Shown here: piece after piece, positions 56,269-64,000 of the stretch
How the letters are laid out: each line of letters opens with the position of its first letter
Position numbering within the stretch: the stretch's first letter is position 1
Assembly: GCA_043758205.1 (NCBI GenBank)
Contig: JAYVNY010000191.1
Location: 21,581 to 85,580 of the forward strand
From: Akkermansia sp.
GTDB taxonomy: Bacteria; Verrucomicrobiota; Verrucomicrobiia; Limisphaerales; SIBH01
Direction: 5' to 3'
DNA length: 64,000 nucleotides
Made by a program: the position numbers and the translations under genes
Notes under the pieces: model-generated
Told to the model about the DNA's origin: nothing
What the model saw: only the letters and a program-made list of their open reading frames with translations
Databases searched by the model: none

Positions 56269-56686
56269 CGGTCTGCCTCGACACGAACGTCTTTCTGCAA
56301 ATCTTCGGGCGGAAGCAGCCATTTCATCAAATCCTCTGCGCCTTGCTGGATGGCCGGCTCACCTTGGCGGTGTCGAACGAAATCCTGCTCGAATACGAGG
56401 AGGTCACGGTCAAGTTTTCCGGTGCGGAGCGCTGGCGGGACGTGGTGGCGTTGCTCGAACTGCTGGACCGGCTTCACGGCTACACCGGCAGACAGAGCCG
56501 CAGTATCGCTTCGCCGTCATCACCGCCGACCCGGACGACAACAAATTCTGCGATTGCGCCATCGCGGCCGAAGCGGATTTCGTGGTAACGGAGGACACGC
56601 ATTTTGCGGTGTTGAAATCCGCCGGTTATAAGCCGCAGCCCATTTCGCCGGAGGAATTTATCCGGGTCCATCTGGCCTCTGAATAA
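56265..56686 (+). pseudogene. PIN-domain toxin (TIGR00305-like) interrupted by a frameshift
   Basis: The N-part is in one frame: MTVCLDTNVFLQIFG...AVSNEILLEYEEV...LLELLDRLHGYT. The C-part is in another frame: YRFAVITADPDDNKFCDCAIAAEADFVVTEDTHFAVL. The switch lies at ~56480-56500. Confidence 0.7.
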
Positions 56687-56696
56687 CCACCACGCG

Positions 56697-59195
56697 TCAG
56701 TGGTTGAACAAAAACTCTTTGGTGTTGAGCAGCGCCCACACGATGTCCTCGTAGGCCTGGCGGCGCGCGGCGATTTCCTTGTCCGGCTTTCCCTGGATCG
56801 TCTTCTCGACGTGCGCCTGGCCGGTCTTGATTTCCGACGGCAAGGGCGCGCGCGTGTAGGCGAGGAAATAAAGTTCCCGCAGCTTCTCCTCGTCGCTGCG
56901 CGTGCTGTCTTCGCCCAGTGAAGCGGCGCGTCCGCCATCGCGGGCGAGCTTCTCCTGAATGTCCTTGGCGTTCAGCAGGTGCAGGCTCTGCGCGAGGCTG
57001 GCGTCCTGCGAACGCTCGCACTCGCACGCGCTCGACATGTCGGGGCGACCAAAAACGGTGAGGAAATACGACGAGGCGTTGAAGCTGTTGTCGGGCAACT
57101 GCACCGCCTGCGTCCCGGCGGGCAGGCCGTCAAACTTGCTCTCGGCTTTCGCGACGGCGTTCACCGAGTCCAGCAGCACCTCGGCGGTGAGACGCTTCGG
57201 GTAGTAGCGGGAGAAATTTTGCTTGTCGATTTTGTTGTGCGCGTTCGGCACGGCGCTGAGCTGGTAGGTCTGCGAGTTGCAGAGGTCGCGCACGAGCTGC
57301 TTCAAGTCATAGCCGCTTCCGATGAATGATTGCGCCAGTGCGTCGAGCAACTCGGGATTGGTCGCGGGATTCGTGTCGCGCATGTCGTCCTCCGGCTCGA
57401 CGAGGCCGCGATTGAAGAAGTGCTTCCAATACCGGTTCACCAACGAGCGCGCGAAGAATCGGTTTTGCTTCCCGGTCATCCAATCGGTGAGCGGCTGCCG
57501 CGCGTCATCGTCGGCCGTGAGATTCAACGGCGTGGCCCCCAGCCCGGCCGGCTTTACGGATTGCTTGGTCTTCTTGTTCGTGGCGGTGGCGACGGAGCGT
57601 TTGGCAAAAACAATTTCATCGCCCGGCTGGGTGCCGCCTTTGCGGCTCACCTGCGAGAAGAAGGCGGCGAAGCTGTAATAGTCCTGCTGGCTCCAGCGTT
57701 CATAAGGATGATGGTGGCACTCGGCGCACTTGAGGCGTTGGCCGAGGAAGACCTGAGCCGTGTCCTCCAACTGCGTGGTCGTGTCGCGCGCCTGACGATA
57801 CCAGGCGGTGGCCGGGTTCTGTGAGACCTCGCCCGAGGCCGTGAGCAGCTCGCGCACGAAATCATTGTAGGGCTTGTTCTCCAGCAGTCCGTCCCGCACC
57901 CAGTCGTGGAAAGCGTAGGTCATGCGCGCCTGATTGGCGTCGGCGCGTTTGTTGCGCAGCAGCGCGGCCCATTTGTTGGCGAAGTGATCGGCGTAATCCG
58001 GGCTGTCGAGCAGGCGGTCAATGCAGCGCGCGCGCTTGTCCGTCCGTCCGTCCGCGAGAAACTTTTGCGTCTCATCCAGCGTCGGCAGCCGGCCCGCGAC
58101 ATCCACGGTGACACGACGAAGGAAGGTCGCGTCATCGGTGATTTCGGACGGCGGCATGCCGATGGTCTTGAGTTTTTTGAAGACCTGTTCATCAATGAAA
58201 TTTTTCGCCACGGGCAGGTTCGTGACCGCGATGCCGAGCGGAATGATGGCGCGGAAGACGGCGACCTTGGCCTGATAACGCACCATCACCGCCACATCGC
58301 CGGGCTGCTGGTAGAGCTTCACCAAGCCGCTCTCCTCGGTGCGCGCCATGTCCTTGTCGTTCGCCTCGTAGAGCGCGCTGCGCGTCACATCCTCGGCGTG
58401 GCCGTCGGTGTAATGCGCCAGCACAGCGAGCTGCTGTTCGGCGCCAAACGAAAGCGTGCGCTCCCTCGGAAACACTTCGATGCGATCCACGACCGGATCG
58501 TTCGTGCTGCCGTAAGGCATGCCCTGCGTGATCCAGCGGATGATCAAGCGGTAGTCGTCGGAGTTCGGGTCGAGGCGTTTGCCGCCGCCGTGCGGCAGCG
58601 TGGCCGCGCCTTTCAGCAAGAGCAGGCTGCGATCCGGCGCGGCGGGGAACAGCCGGCGACCGCGCGCTTCCTTGACGAGGTGTTCGTAATCTTCGCTTGG
58701 CTCGAAGCCGAGCAGCGAGAGCTTGAATCCGTTTTGCCCGCTGGCCTTGCCGTGGCAGCCGCCACCATTGCAGCCGGCCTTGGTGAAGATGGGCACGATC
58801 TGGTTGGGAAAGTTGACCGCCGCCGCGACGCGCACGTTCTCAACCTTCACCGTCATCTGGCCGGTGACGCCTTCCGAGGTGCGCGCGGTGACGGTCGCGG
58901 TGCCGTCGCCCACAGGCGCGAGAAATCCTGACGCGTCCACGGTCACGATGCCGGCGGGCTTCACCTCGTATTTCGCGCGGCGTGCGAAATCGCGTTCCGC
59001 ACCGTCGTCGAGCTTCGCGGTGACGAGCAGTTGCCGCCGCGCGTCGCTGGAGCGCAGGCGGAGCGTCGTGCCGGGTGGGGCGTCGCCCGTGCCGAGTTCC
59101 AGCGCGACAGGCTTGGCGGCTGCGACCTGGTTCGCCGTGACGAGCCACGCGGCGAACAACAGGGCGCTGAGGAATGGGGTGGAAGTCATTCGCAT
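56697..59195 (-). CDS. DUF1549/DUF1553 (PSD1-type) protein with N-terminal Ig-like domain and PSCyt-like CX4CH motif
   Basis: FLRRVTVDVAGRLPTLDE...LLDSPDYADHFANKWAALL (DUF1549). CAECHHHPYERWSQQDYYSFAAFF (DUF1553). IVPIFTKAGCNGGGCHGKASG. Confidence 0.9.
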   Translation of the reverse strand: MRMTSTPFLSALLFAAWLVTANQVAAAKPVALELGTGDAPPGTTLRLRSSDARRQLLVTAKLDDGAERDFARRAKYEVKPAGIVTVDASGFLAPVGDGTATVTARTSEGVTGQMTVKVENVRVAAAVNFPNQIVPIFTKAGCNGGGCHGKASGQNGFKLSLLGFEPSEDYEHLVKEARGRRLFPAAPDRSLLLLKGAATLPHGGGKRLDPNSDDYRLIIRWITQGMPYGSTNDPVVDRIEVFPRERTLSFGAEQQLAVLAHYTDGHAEDVTRSALYEANDKDMARTEESGLVKLYQQPGDVAVMVRYQAKVAVFRAIIPLGIAVTNLPVAKNFIDEQVFKKLKTIGMPPSEITDDATFLRRVTVDVAGRLPTLDETQKFLADGRTDKRARCIDRLLDSPDYADHFANKWAALLRNKRADANQARMTYAFHDWVRDGLLENKPYNDFVRELLTASGEVSQNPATAWYRQARDTTTQLEDTAQVFLGQRLKCAECHHHPYERWSQQDYYSFAAFFSQVSRKGGTQPGDEIVFAKRSVATATNKKTKQSVKPAGLGATPLNLTADDDARQPLTDWMTGKQNRFFARSLVNRYWKHFFNRGLVEPEDDMRDTNPATNPELLDALAQSFIGSGYDLKQLVRDLCNSQTYQLSAVPNAHNKIDKQNFSRYYPKRLTAEVLLDSVNAVAKAESKFDGLPAGTQAVQLPDNSFNASSYFLTVFGRPDMSSACECERSQDASLAQSLHLLNAKDIQEKLARDGGRAASLGEDSTRSDEEKLRELYFLAYTRAPLPSEIKTGQAHVEKTIQGKPDKEIAARRQAYEDIVWALLNTKEFLFNH

Positions 59196-59196
59196 A

Positions 59197-60537
59197 TCAA
59201 ATCAGTTCGCGCATCGGCGGCCATCCATCCACCAGATACTGCGGGCGTCCGGAAAGGTCGGGCAGGGTGACGCGGTTCGGGTCGAGGCCGAGTTGGTGAT
59301 AGAGCGTGGCAAAGACTTCGCCGAAGTGAACGCCCCGATCCGCAATCTCCCCGCCGAGCCGATCCGTCGCGCCGATGACCTGGCCGGTTTTCATGCCGCC
59401 GCCGGCCAGCAGCGCGCAGCCGACCTGCGGCCAATGGTCGCGCCCGGCGTCCGCATTGATCTGCGGGGTGCGGCCAAATTCGCCCCAGGCCACGACCGCC
59501 ACATCCTTGTCCAGTCCGCGCTCGTGCAGATCCTCGACCAGCGCGCTCATGGCCTGATCGAAGAGCGGCAGGTGCGTGAGCAACTCGCTGTGATTGTTGC
59601 TGTGAAAATCCCAGCGGCCAAAGTTCAGCGTCACGCAGCGCGCGCCCGCTTCGACGAGGCGGCGGGCGATGAGAAACTGTTCGCAATTTCTCGGAGCGCC
59701 GTCGCCATAGTTCTTCGGGTCGCCCTTGCCGTAACGCTCGCGCACTTTCGCCGGTTCCCGGCTGACGTCGAGCGCCTCCAGAAGTTTGCTCGAAGTGAGA
59801 ATGCTGAAGGCCTGTTGCTGGAAGGAATCCATCCCTTCGACCGCGCCGCTACCATCCACGTCGCGCCGGAAATTATCGAAGCCCGTCAGCAGCGCCTTGC
59901 GATCCGAAAGACGGTCGAGCGTCACTCCGTTAAGTTTGAGGTCGCCCAAGCCCGGTCCATCAGGACGAAAGGCCGAGTGCGTCGGGCCGAGAAACCCCGG
60001 ATGACCGGGCGAACCGTACGGCGGATGCCCGGCCTTGGGCGCGAGTCCGACAAAAGGCGGAATCGTCGGCTCGGTCGGGCCGCGCAGCTTGGAAAGCACC
60101 GCGCCCATCGAAGGCCAGCCGCCAGGCGGTTGCGTCGGCACCGGACGGCCCGTGTAGCAGATGAACGAGTCGTGGTCGCCGTTGGGCGAGCCGTACATCG
60201 TGCGGATGGGCACGAGCTTGTCCATGATCGCGGCGCAGCGGGGCATGTGCTCGGAGATTTGGATGCCGGGGACGTTGGTGCGGATGGGGCGGTGCGGGCC
60301 GCGAATTTCCATCGGCGCGTCCATCTTCAAGTCGAACATGTCCTGATGCGGCGGCGCGCCGACCAGATAGATCATGATCACGGCCTTGTGCGACTTGCGA
60401 ATTCCGGCGAGCTGTTCGGCCTGGAGCAACTGCGGCAGGGCCAGACCGCCGAAGGCCAGGCTGCCAATCCTCAAAAAATCACGACGCGAAACTCCGTCGC
60501 AAAACTTGGATGAGGAGGTTCCGGCGATAGTCAACAT
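59197..60537 (-). CDS. DUF1501 (sulfatase/phosphatase-superfamily-like) protein, TAT signal; copy 3 of 3
   Basis: SRRDFLRIGSLAFGG...WGEFGRTP..N...GRDHWP, the typical DUF1501 pattern. Confidence 0.9.
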   Translation of the reverse strand: MLTIAGTSSSKFCDGVSRRDFLRIGSLAFGGLALPQLLQAEQLAGIRKSHKAVIMIYLVGAPPHQDMFDLKMDAPMEIRGPHRPIRTNVPGIQISEHMPRCAAIMDKLVPIRTMYGSPNGDHDSFICYTGRPVPTQPPGGWPSMGAVLSKLRGPTEPTIPPFVGLAPKAGHPPYGSPGHPGFLGPTHSAFRPDGPGLGDLKLNGVTLDRLSDRKALLTGFDNFRRDVDGSGAVEGMDSFQQQAFSILTSSKLLEALDVSREPAKVRERYGKGDPKNYGDGAPRNCEQFLIARRLVEAGARCVTLNFGRWDFHSNNHSELLTHLPLFDQAMSALVEDLHERGLDKDVAVVAWGEFGRTPQINADAGRDHWPQVGCALLAGGGMKTGQVIGATDRLGGEIADRGVHFGEVFATLYHQLGLDPNRVTLPDLSGRPQYLVDGWPPMRELI

Positions 60538-60540
60538 GGT

Positions 60541-61875
60541 TCAAATCAGCTCGCGCATCGGCTGGTAATTGTTGTCCACGAGGAATTGCGGACGTCCGCT
60601 CAGGTCGTGGACTACGGCCTTGTTCACGTCGATGCCCAGGCGTTGATAAAGCGTGGCGAACACTTCCTGGAAATGGACCGGACGTTCGTTCGCCTCGCCG
60701 CCGAGACGGTCGGTGGCACCAATAACTTGCCCGGTCTTCATGCCGCCACCGGCAAGCAGGGCGCACGAGACGCGCGGCCAATGATCGCGTCCGCCGTCCT
60801 TGTTGATGGTCGGGGTGCGACCGAATTCGCCCCAGACGATCACCGAAACATCCTTGTCGAGTCCGCGGTCGTGAAGGTCTTGCACCAGCGCGGTCACGCC
60901 GCGATCCAGCAGCGGCAAATCCTTGCGCGCGTTGTCGAAATTCTTGCCGTGATAATCCCAGAAACCAAACGCCACGGTCACGAAGCGCGCGCCGGCTTCG
61001 ACGAGGCGGCGGGCCATGAGGAATTGCTCGGTGAGCATCGGGGCGGCGTCGCCGTGCGTCTTGGGATCACCTTGGCCGTAGCGTTCCACGATGCGCTTGT
61101 CCTCGCGCCCAAGGTCGAGGGCTTCGATAAGCTTGCTGGACGTGAGCACGCCGAAGGCCTGCTGGTTGAAGGCATCGAGTCCTTCCATCGAACCACTCGC
61201 GTCCACGTCGCGGCGAAATTTGTCGAAGCTGGCGAGCAGCGCCTTGCGGTCGTTCAGCCGCTCCAAGGTCACGCCATTCAGCACCATGTCGGATTTGCCT
61301 TCGCCCGCCGGACGGAACGAGCGATGCGGCACGCCGAGGAATCCCGGCCCGGAAGCGTTGTAAGGCCGGTGCTGCATGACCGGCTCCAGCCCGACGAAGG
61401 GCGGCACCGCCGGATGCGTCGCGCCTTGCAGCTTGGAGATGACCGAGCCGATGGACGGCCAGCCGCCCGGCGGCTCGTTGCGCTTCAGTCGGCCGGTCAG
61501 GCATTGGTAGTCGTAGTGATTGTCCTCGGCGCCCACGACGCTGCGGACGAACGCGAGCTTGTCCGCCATGCGCGCCATGAGCGGCAGATGCTCGCAGATT
61601 TCGATGCCGGGGACGTTGGTGCGAATGGGTTTGAACTCGCCGCGAATCTCCGACGGCGCGTCCAGCTTCAGGTCGAAGGTGTCCTGATGCGGCGGCCCGC
61701 CGGGCAGGTAGATCATGATGATCGACTTGTGCGACTTGCGAAGACCGGAGCCGGACTCCGCCTGCAACAAGCCCGGCAGCGAAAGTCCCCCAAGGCCCAG
61801 CCCGCCAATTCTCAGAAAATTCCGGCGCGAAAGTCCGTCGCAGAATTTTGAGGATGGGCCGGGAATGGTCAGCAT
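60541..61875 (-). CDS. DUF1501 protein, TAT signal; copy 2 of 3
   Basis: [15 protein letters not shown]...[21 protein letters not shown]. It is collinear with both neighbours over the full length. Confidence 0.9.
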   Translation of the reverse strand: MLTIPGPSSKFCDGLSRRNFLRIGGLGLGGLSLPGLLQAESGSGLRKSHKSIIMIYLPGGPPHQDTFDLKLDAPSEIRGEFKPIRTNVPGIEICEHLPLMARMADKLAFVRSVVGAEDNHYDYQCLTGRLKRNEPPGGWPSIGSVISKLQGATHPAVPPFVGLEPVMQHRPYNASGPGFLGVPHRSFRPAGEGKSDMVLNGVTLERLNDRKALLASFDKFRRDVDASGSMEGLDAFNQQAFGVLTSSKLIEALDLGREDKRIVERYGQGDPKTHGDAAPMLTEQFLMARRLVEAGARFVTVAFGFWDYHGKNFDNARKDLPLLDRGVTALVQDLHDRGLDKDVSVIVWGEFGRTPTINKDGGRDHWPRVSCALLAGGGMKTGQVIGATDRLGGEANERPVHFQEVFATLYQRLGIDVNKAVVHDLSGRPQFLVDNNYQPMRELI

Positions 61876-61877
61876 GA

Positions 61878-63218
61878 TCAGATCAGTTCGCGGATGGGTT
61901 GGAAATTATTGTCCACGAGGAACTGCGGGCGGCTGGAAAGATCGTTGAACGTGACCTTGTTGGCGTCAATGCCGAGCCGCTGGTAGAGCGTGGCGAAGAC
62001 TTCGCCGAACTGCACCGGGCGCTCGACCGCTTCGCCGCCGAGACGATCCGTGGCCCCGATGACCTGACCGGTCTTCATCCCGCCGCCCGCCAGCATCGCG
62101 CAAGAAACGCGGGGCCAGTGATCGCGCCCGCCGTCCTTGTTGATCGTCGGCGTGCGGCCGAACTCGCCCCAGACGACCACCGAGACATCCTTGTCCATCC
62201 CGCGCTGGTGCAAATCCTCGATGAGCGCGCTCACGCCCTGATCGAGCATGGGCAAGTCCTGGCGCAGCGCGTCGAAGTTTTTCCCGTGATGGTCCCAGCG
62301 GCTGAAGGCAAGCGTGACGCAGCGCGCGCCCGCTTCGACCAAGCGCCGGGCCGTGAGGAAATGCTCCATCAGCTTCGGCCCGCCATCGTCGCGGTTCTTG
62401 GGGTCGCCCTTGCCGTAACGCGCGCGAACTTTTGGATCTTCTTTTTCGATGTCGAGCGCCTCCAGCAGCTTGCTGGAAGTAAGCAGTCCGAAGGCTTGCT
62501 GATTGAACGCGTCGAGACCGTTCATCATGCCGCTCGTGTCCACGTCGCGGCGGAAATTGTCAAAGCTGGTGAGGAGCGCCTGGCGATCCGCGAGGCGGTC
62601 GAGCGTCACGCCGTTGAGCACCATGTCGCTCTTGCCGGCACCCTCGGGCTTGAAGGGTCCAAACGCCGGGCCGAGAAATCCCGGTTCGCCCGCCCGCGCC
62701 CATTCCATGTGGCCCATCTTCGGTGCGAGGCCGACGAACGGCGGGATGAATTTATTGACCGGGCCTTCAAGTTTCGAGAGTACCGCACCGAGCGAGGGCC
62801 AGCCCCCGGGCGGTTGGTTGCGTGAAGCACGCCCGGACAGACATTGAAAGGCATCGTGATCATCCAGCGCGCCGACCATCGAGCGGATGATGGCGATCTT
62901 GTCCATCTGTTTGGCGAGCAGCGGCAGGTGTTCGCAAATCTGAATGCCGGGAACTTTCGTGGAAATCGGCTTGAACTCGCCGCGCACCTCGGACGGCGCG
63001 TCCATCTTCAAATCGAAGATGTCCTGATGCGACGGCCCGCCCGGCAGGAAAATCATGATGATGGCCTTGTGCGAGCGACGAACGCCGGCCGCGGATTCCG
63101 CTTGAAGCAACTGTGGCAGCGCCATCCCTCCCAGCCCGAGCGCGCCGATCTTCAGGAAATTACGACGCGATACTCCGTCGCAAAAGCGGGACGGCCGAGG
63201 TCCGAAAATCGTTAGCAT
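61878..63218 (-). CDS. DUF1501 protein, TAT signal; copy 1 of 3
   Basis: [15 protein letters not shown]...[21 protein letters not shown]. It starts MLTI.G and ends RELI like the other two copies. Confidence 0.9.
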   Translation of the reverse strand: MLTIFGPRPSRFCDGVSRRNFLKIGALGLGGMALPQLLQAESAAGVRRSHKAIIMIFLPGGPSHQDIFDLKMDAPSEVRGEFKPISTKVPGIQICEHLPLLAKQMDKIAIIRSMVGALDDHDAFQCLSGRASRNQPPGGWPSLGAVLSKLEGPVNKFIPPFVGLAPKMGHMEWARAGEPGFLGPAFGPFKPEGAGKSDMVLNGVTLDRLADRQALLTSFDNFRRDVDTSGMMNGLDAFNQQAFGLLTSSKLLEALDIEKEDPKVRARYGKGDPKNRDDGGPKLMEHFLTARRLVEAGARCVTLAFSRWDHHGKNFDALRQDLPMLDQGVSALIEDLHQRGMDKDVSVVVWGEFGRTPTINKDGGRDHWPRVSCAMLAGGGMKTGQVIGATDRLGGEAVERPVQFGEVFATLYQRLGIDANKVTFNDLSSRPQFLVDNNFQPIRELI

Positions 63219-63441
63219 GGTGTCGCGTTATTTCTATCAGTGCTGCCGTGCTCTGACCAGTTCGCAAAACGACTTATTCACCAGAGCTTTGTCGAGCGCG
63301 GTCGCTTCCTCGAAGTGGCGCGGAGGTGGCACGGCCAAGGTGCGGCCGGTTTGCCACCGTGGGCCCGTTGGGGTGCCAAACGAATTTGAATCATCGCCCT
63401 CGGGCAGGCCGTCAGAAAACCTCGTGACCCCAATCCCACGA

Positions 63442-64000
63442 ATGCTCCGTGCGGGCTGCGCCGTCCTCCTGACGGCGGCGCTCAGTCTTCGTGCGGCGGA
63501 GCCGTCCACGGGTTGGGCCGTGTTGCAGAAGCGTTGCCTGGAATGTCACGGGCCGGAAAAGCACAAGAGCGGCTATCGCGTGGATGACCGTGAGACTTTG
63601 TTGCGCGGCGGTGACTCCGGGCAGGCGGCGATGGTGGCGAGCAACAGCGCGGCGAGTTCGCTGGTGCAACGGCTCATCACGACCAATCTCGACGAGCGGA
63701 TGCCGCCGAAGGGCGAGCCGCTGGCGCCGGGAGAAATCGCGGCGGTGAAGGCGTGGATTGACGCTGGTGCGCGATGGCCAGCGGAAGCGCAAGCCAAGGC
63801 CGGTGGAGCAAATCAGCATTGGGCGTTCAAAGCTCCAGTTCGTCCGCCGGTGCCCGCGCTCGCAAATCGTAAATCAAAAATCATAAACCCCATCGACGCC
63901 TTCATCCTGTCGCGCCTGGAACGCGAGCGCCTGAAGCCTTCGCCCGAAGCAGGACGGGCCACGCTCCTTCGCCGGGTGTATTTGGATCTGGTGGGACTCC
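63442..64000 (+). CDS. PSCyt1 cytochrome + DUF1549 protein, N-terminal part; runs off the window end
   Basis: Open-ended, so not in the track. My translation from the ATG at 63442 is MLRAGCAVLLTAALSLRAAEPSTGWAVLQKRCLECHGPEKHKSGYRVDD...ERMPPKGEPL...NPIDAFILSRLERERLKPSPEAGRATLLRRVYLDLVGL. Confidence 0.85.
   Translation, partial: MLRAGCAVLLTAALSLRAAEPSTGWAVLQKRCLECHGPEKHKSGYRVDDRETLLRGGDSGQAAMVASNSAASSLVQRLITTNLDERMPPKGEPLAPGEIAAVKAWIDAGARWPAEAQAKAGGANQHWAFKAPVRPPVPALANRKSKIINPIDAFILSRLERERLKPSPEAGRATLLRRVYLDLVGL

Noticed and set aside
63237-63509. 90-aa minus-strand ORF upstream of the first DUF1501 gene
   Set aside because: It overlaps the start of the plus-strand PSCyt gene (63442). Its Arg/Pro/Ala-rich composition indicates an out-of-frame artefact.

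Overview
High-GC chromosomal segment. GC is judged by eye, not computed. The gene content points to a PVC-superphylum bacterium, most likely Verrucomicrobiota: DUF1501, DUF1549/DUF1553 and 'planctomycete cytochrome' proteins, prepilin-like FTLIELLVV proteins, and many Sec/TAT-exported glycoside hydrolases. I support about 50 CDS, 5 pseudogene fragments and several repeat or hairpin elements. I saw no rRNA, tRNA or CRISPR.

Layout:
- 1-7.5 kb (minus strand): prepilin-like protein, a heterodimeric ABC exporter, two hexapeptide acyltransferases and two glycosyltransferase-like paralogs.
- 8.2-14.9 kb: a sigma54 response regulator, then a near-consensus -24/-12 promoter driving an LTXXQ periplasmic protein, an outer-membrane barrel, a histidine kinase and a multi-bladed propeller. 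This resembles ZraPSR.
- 15.2-25.6 kb: two convergent arms. Each holds a subtilisin (S8) gene plus large secreted proteins built from an unrecognised ~220-aa domain (six copies in total), Ig-like domains and a shared C-terminal module.
- 25.7-28.6 kb: a glycoside hydrolase-GT2-membrane fusion.
- 28.7-29.9 kb: a pile of truncated genes (DUF3800, integrase, ECF sigma).
- 30.2-33.3 kb: a Cys-tailed CorE-like ECF sigma plus a CopA-type ATPase.
- 33.7-41.5 kb: a pectin/RG-II-like glycan cluster.
- 41.9-45.1 kb: oxyR / catalase-ankyrin.
- 45.8-51.5 kb: a cytochrome-WD40 / PPC-domain operon.
- 51.5-54.3 kb: an AT-richer islet (FGE-like protein, TSP3-repeat protein).
- 54.4-56.7 kb: three toxin-antitoxin pairs interleaved with a dispersed repeat.
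- 56.7-64 kb: a DUF1549/1553 gene, three tandem DUF1501 genes and a divergent partial PSCyt gene.

All family calls come from motif recognition by eye. No searches were run. Hand-derived coordinates may be off by 1-2 nt.
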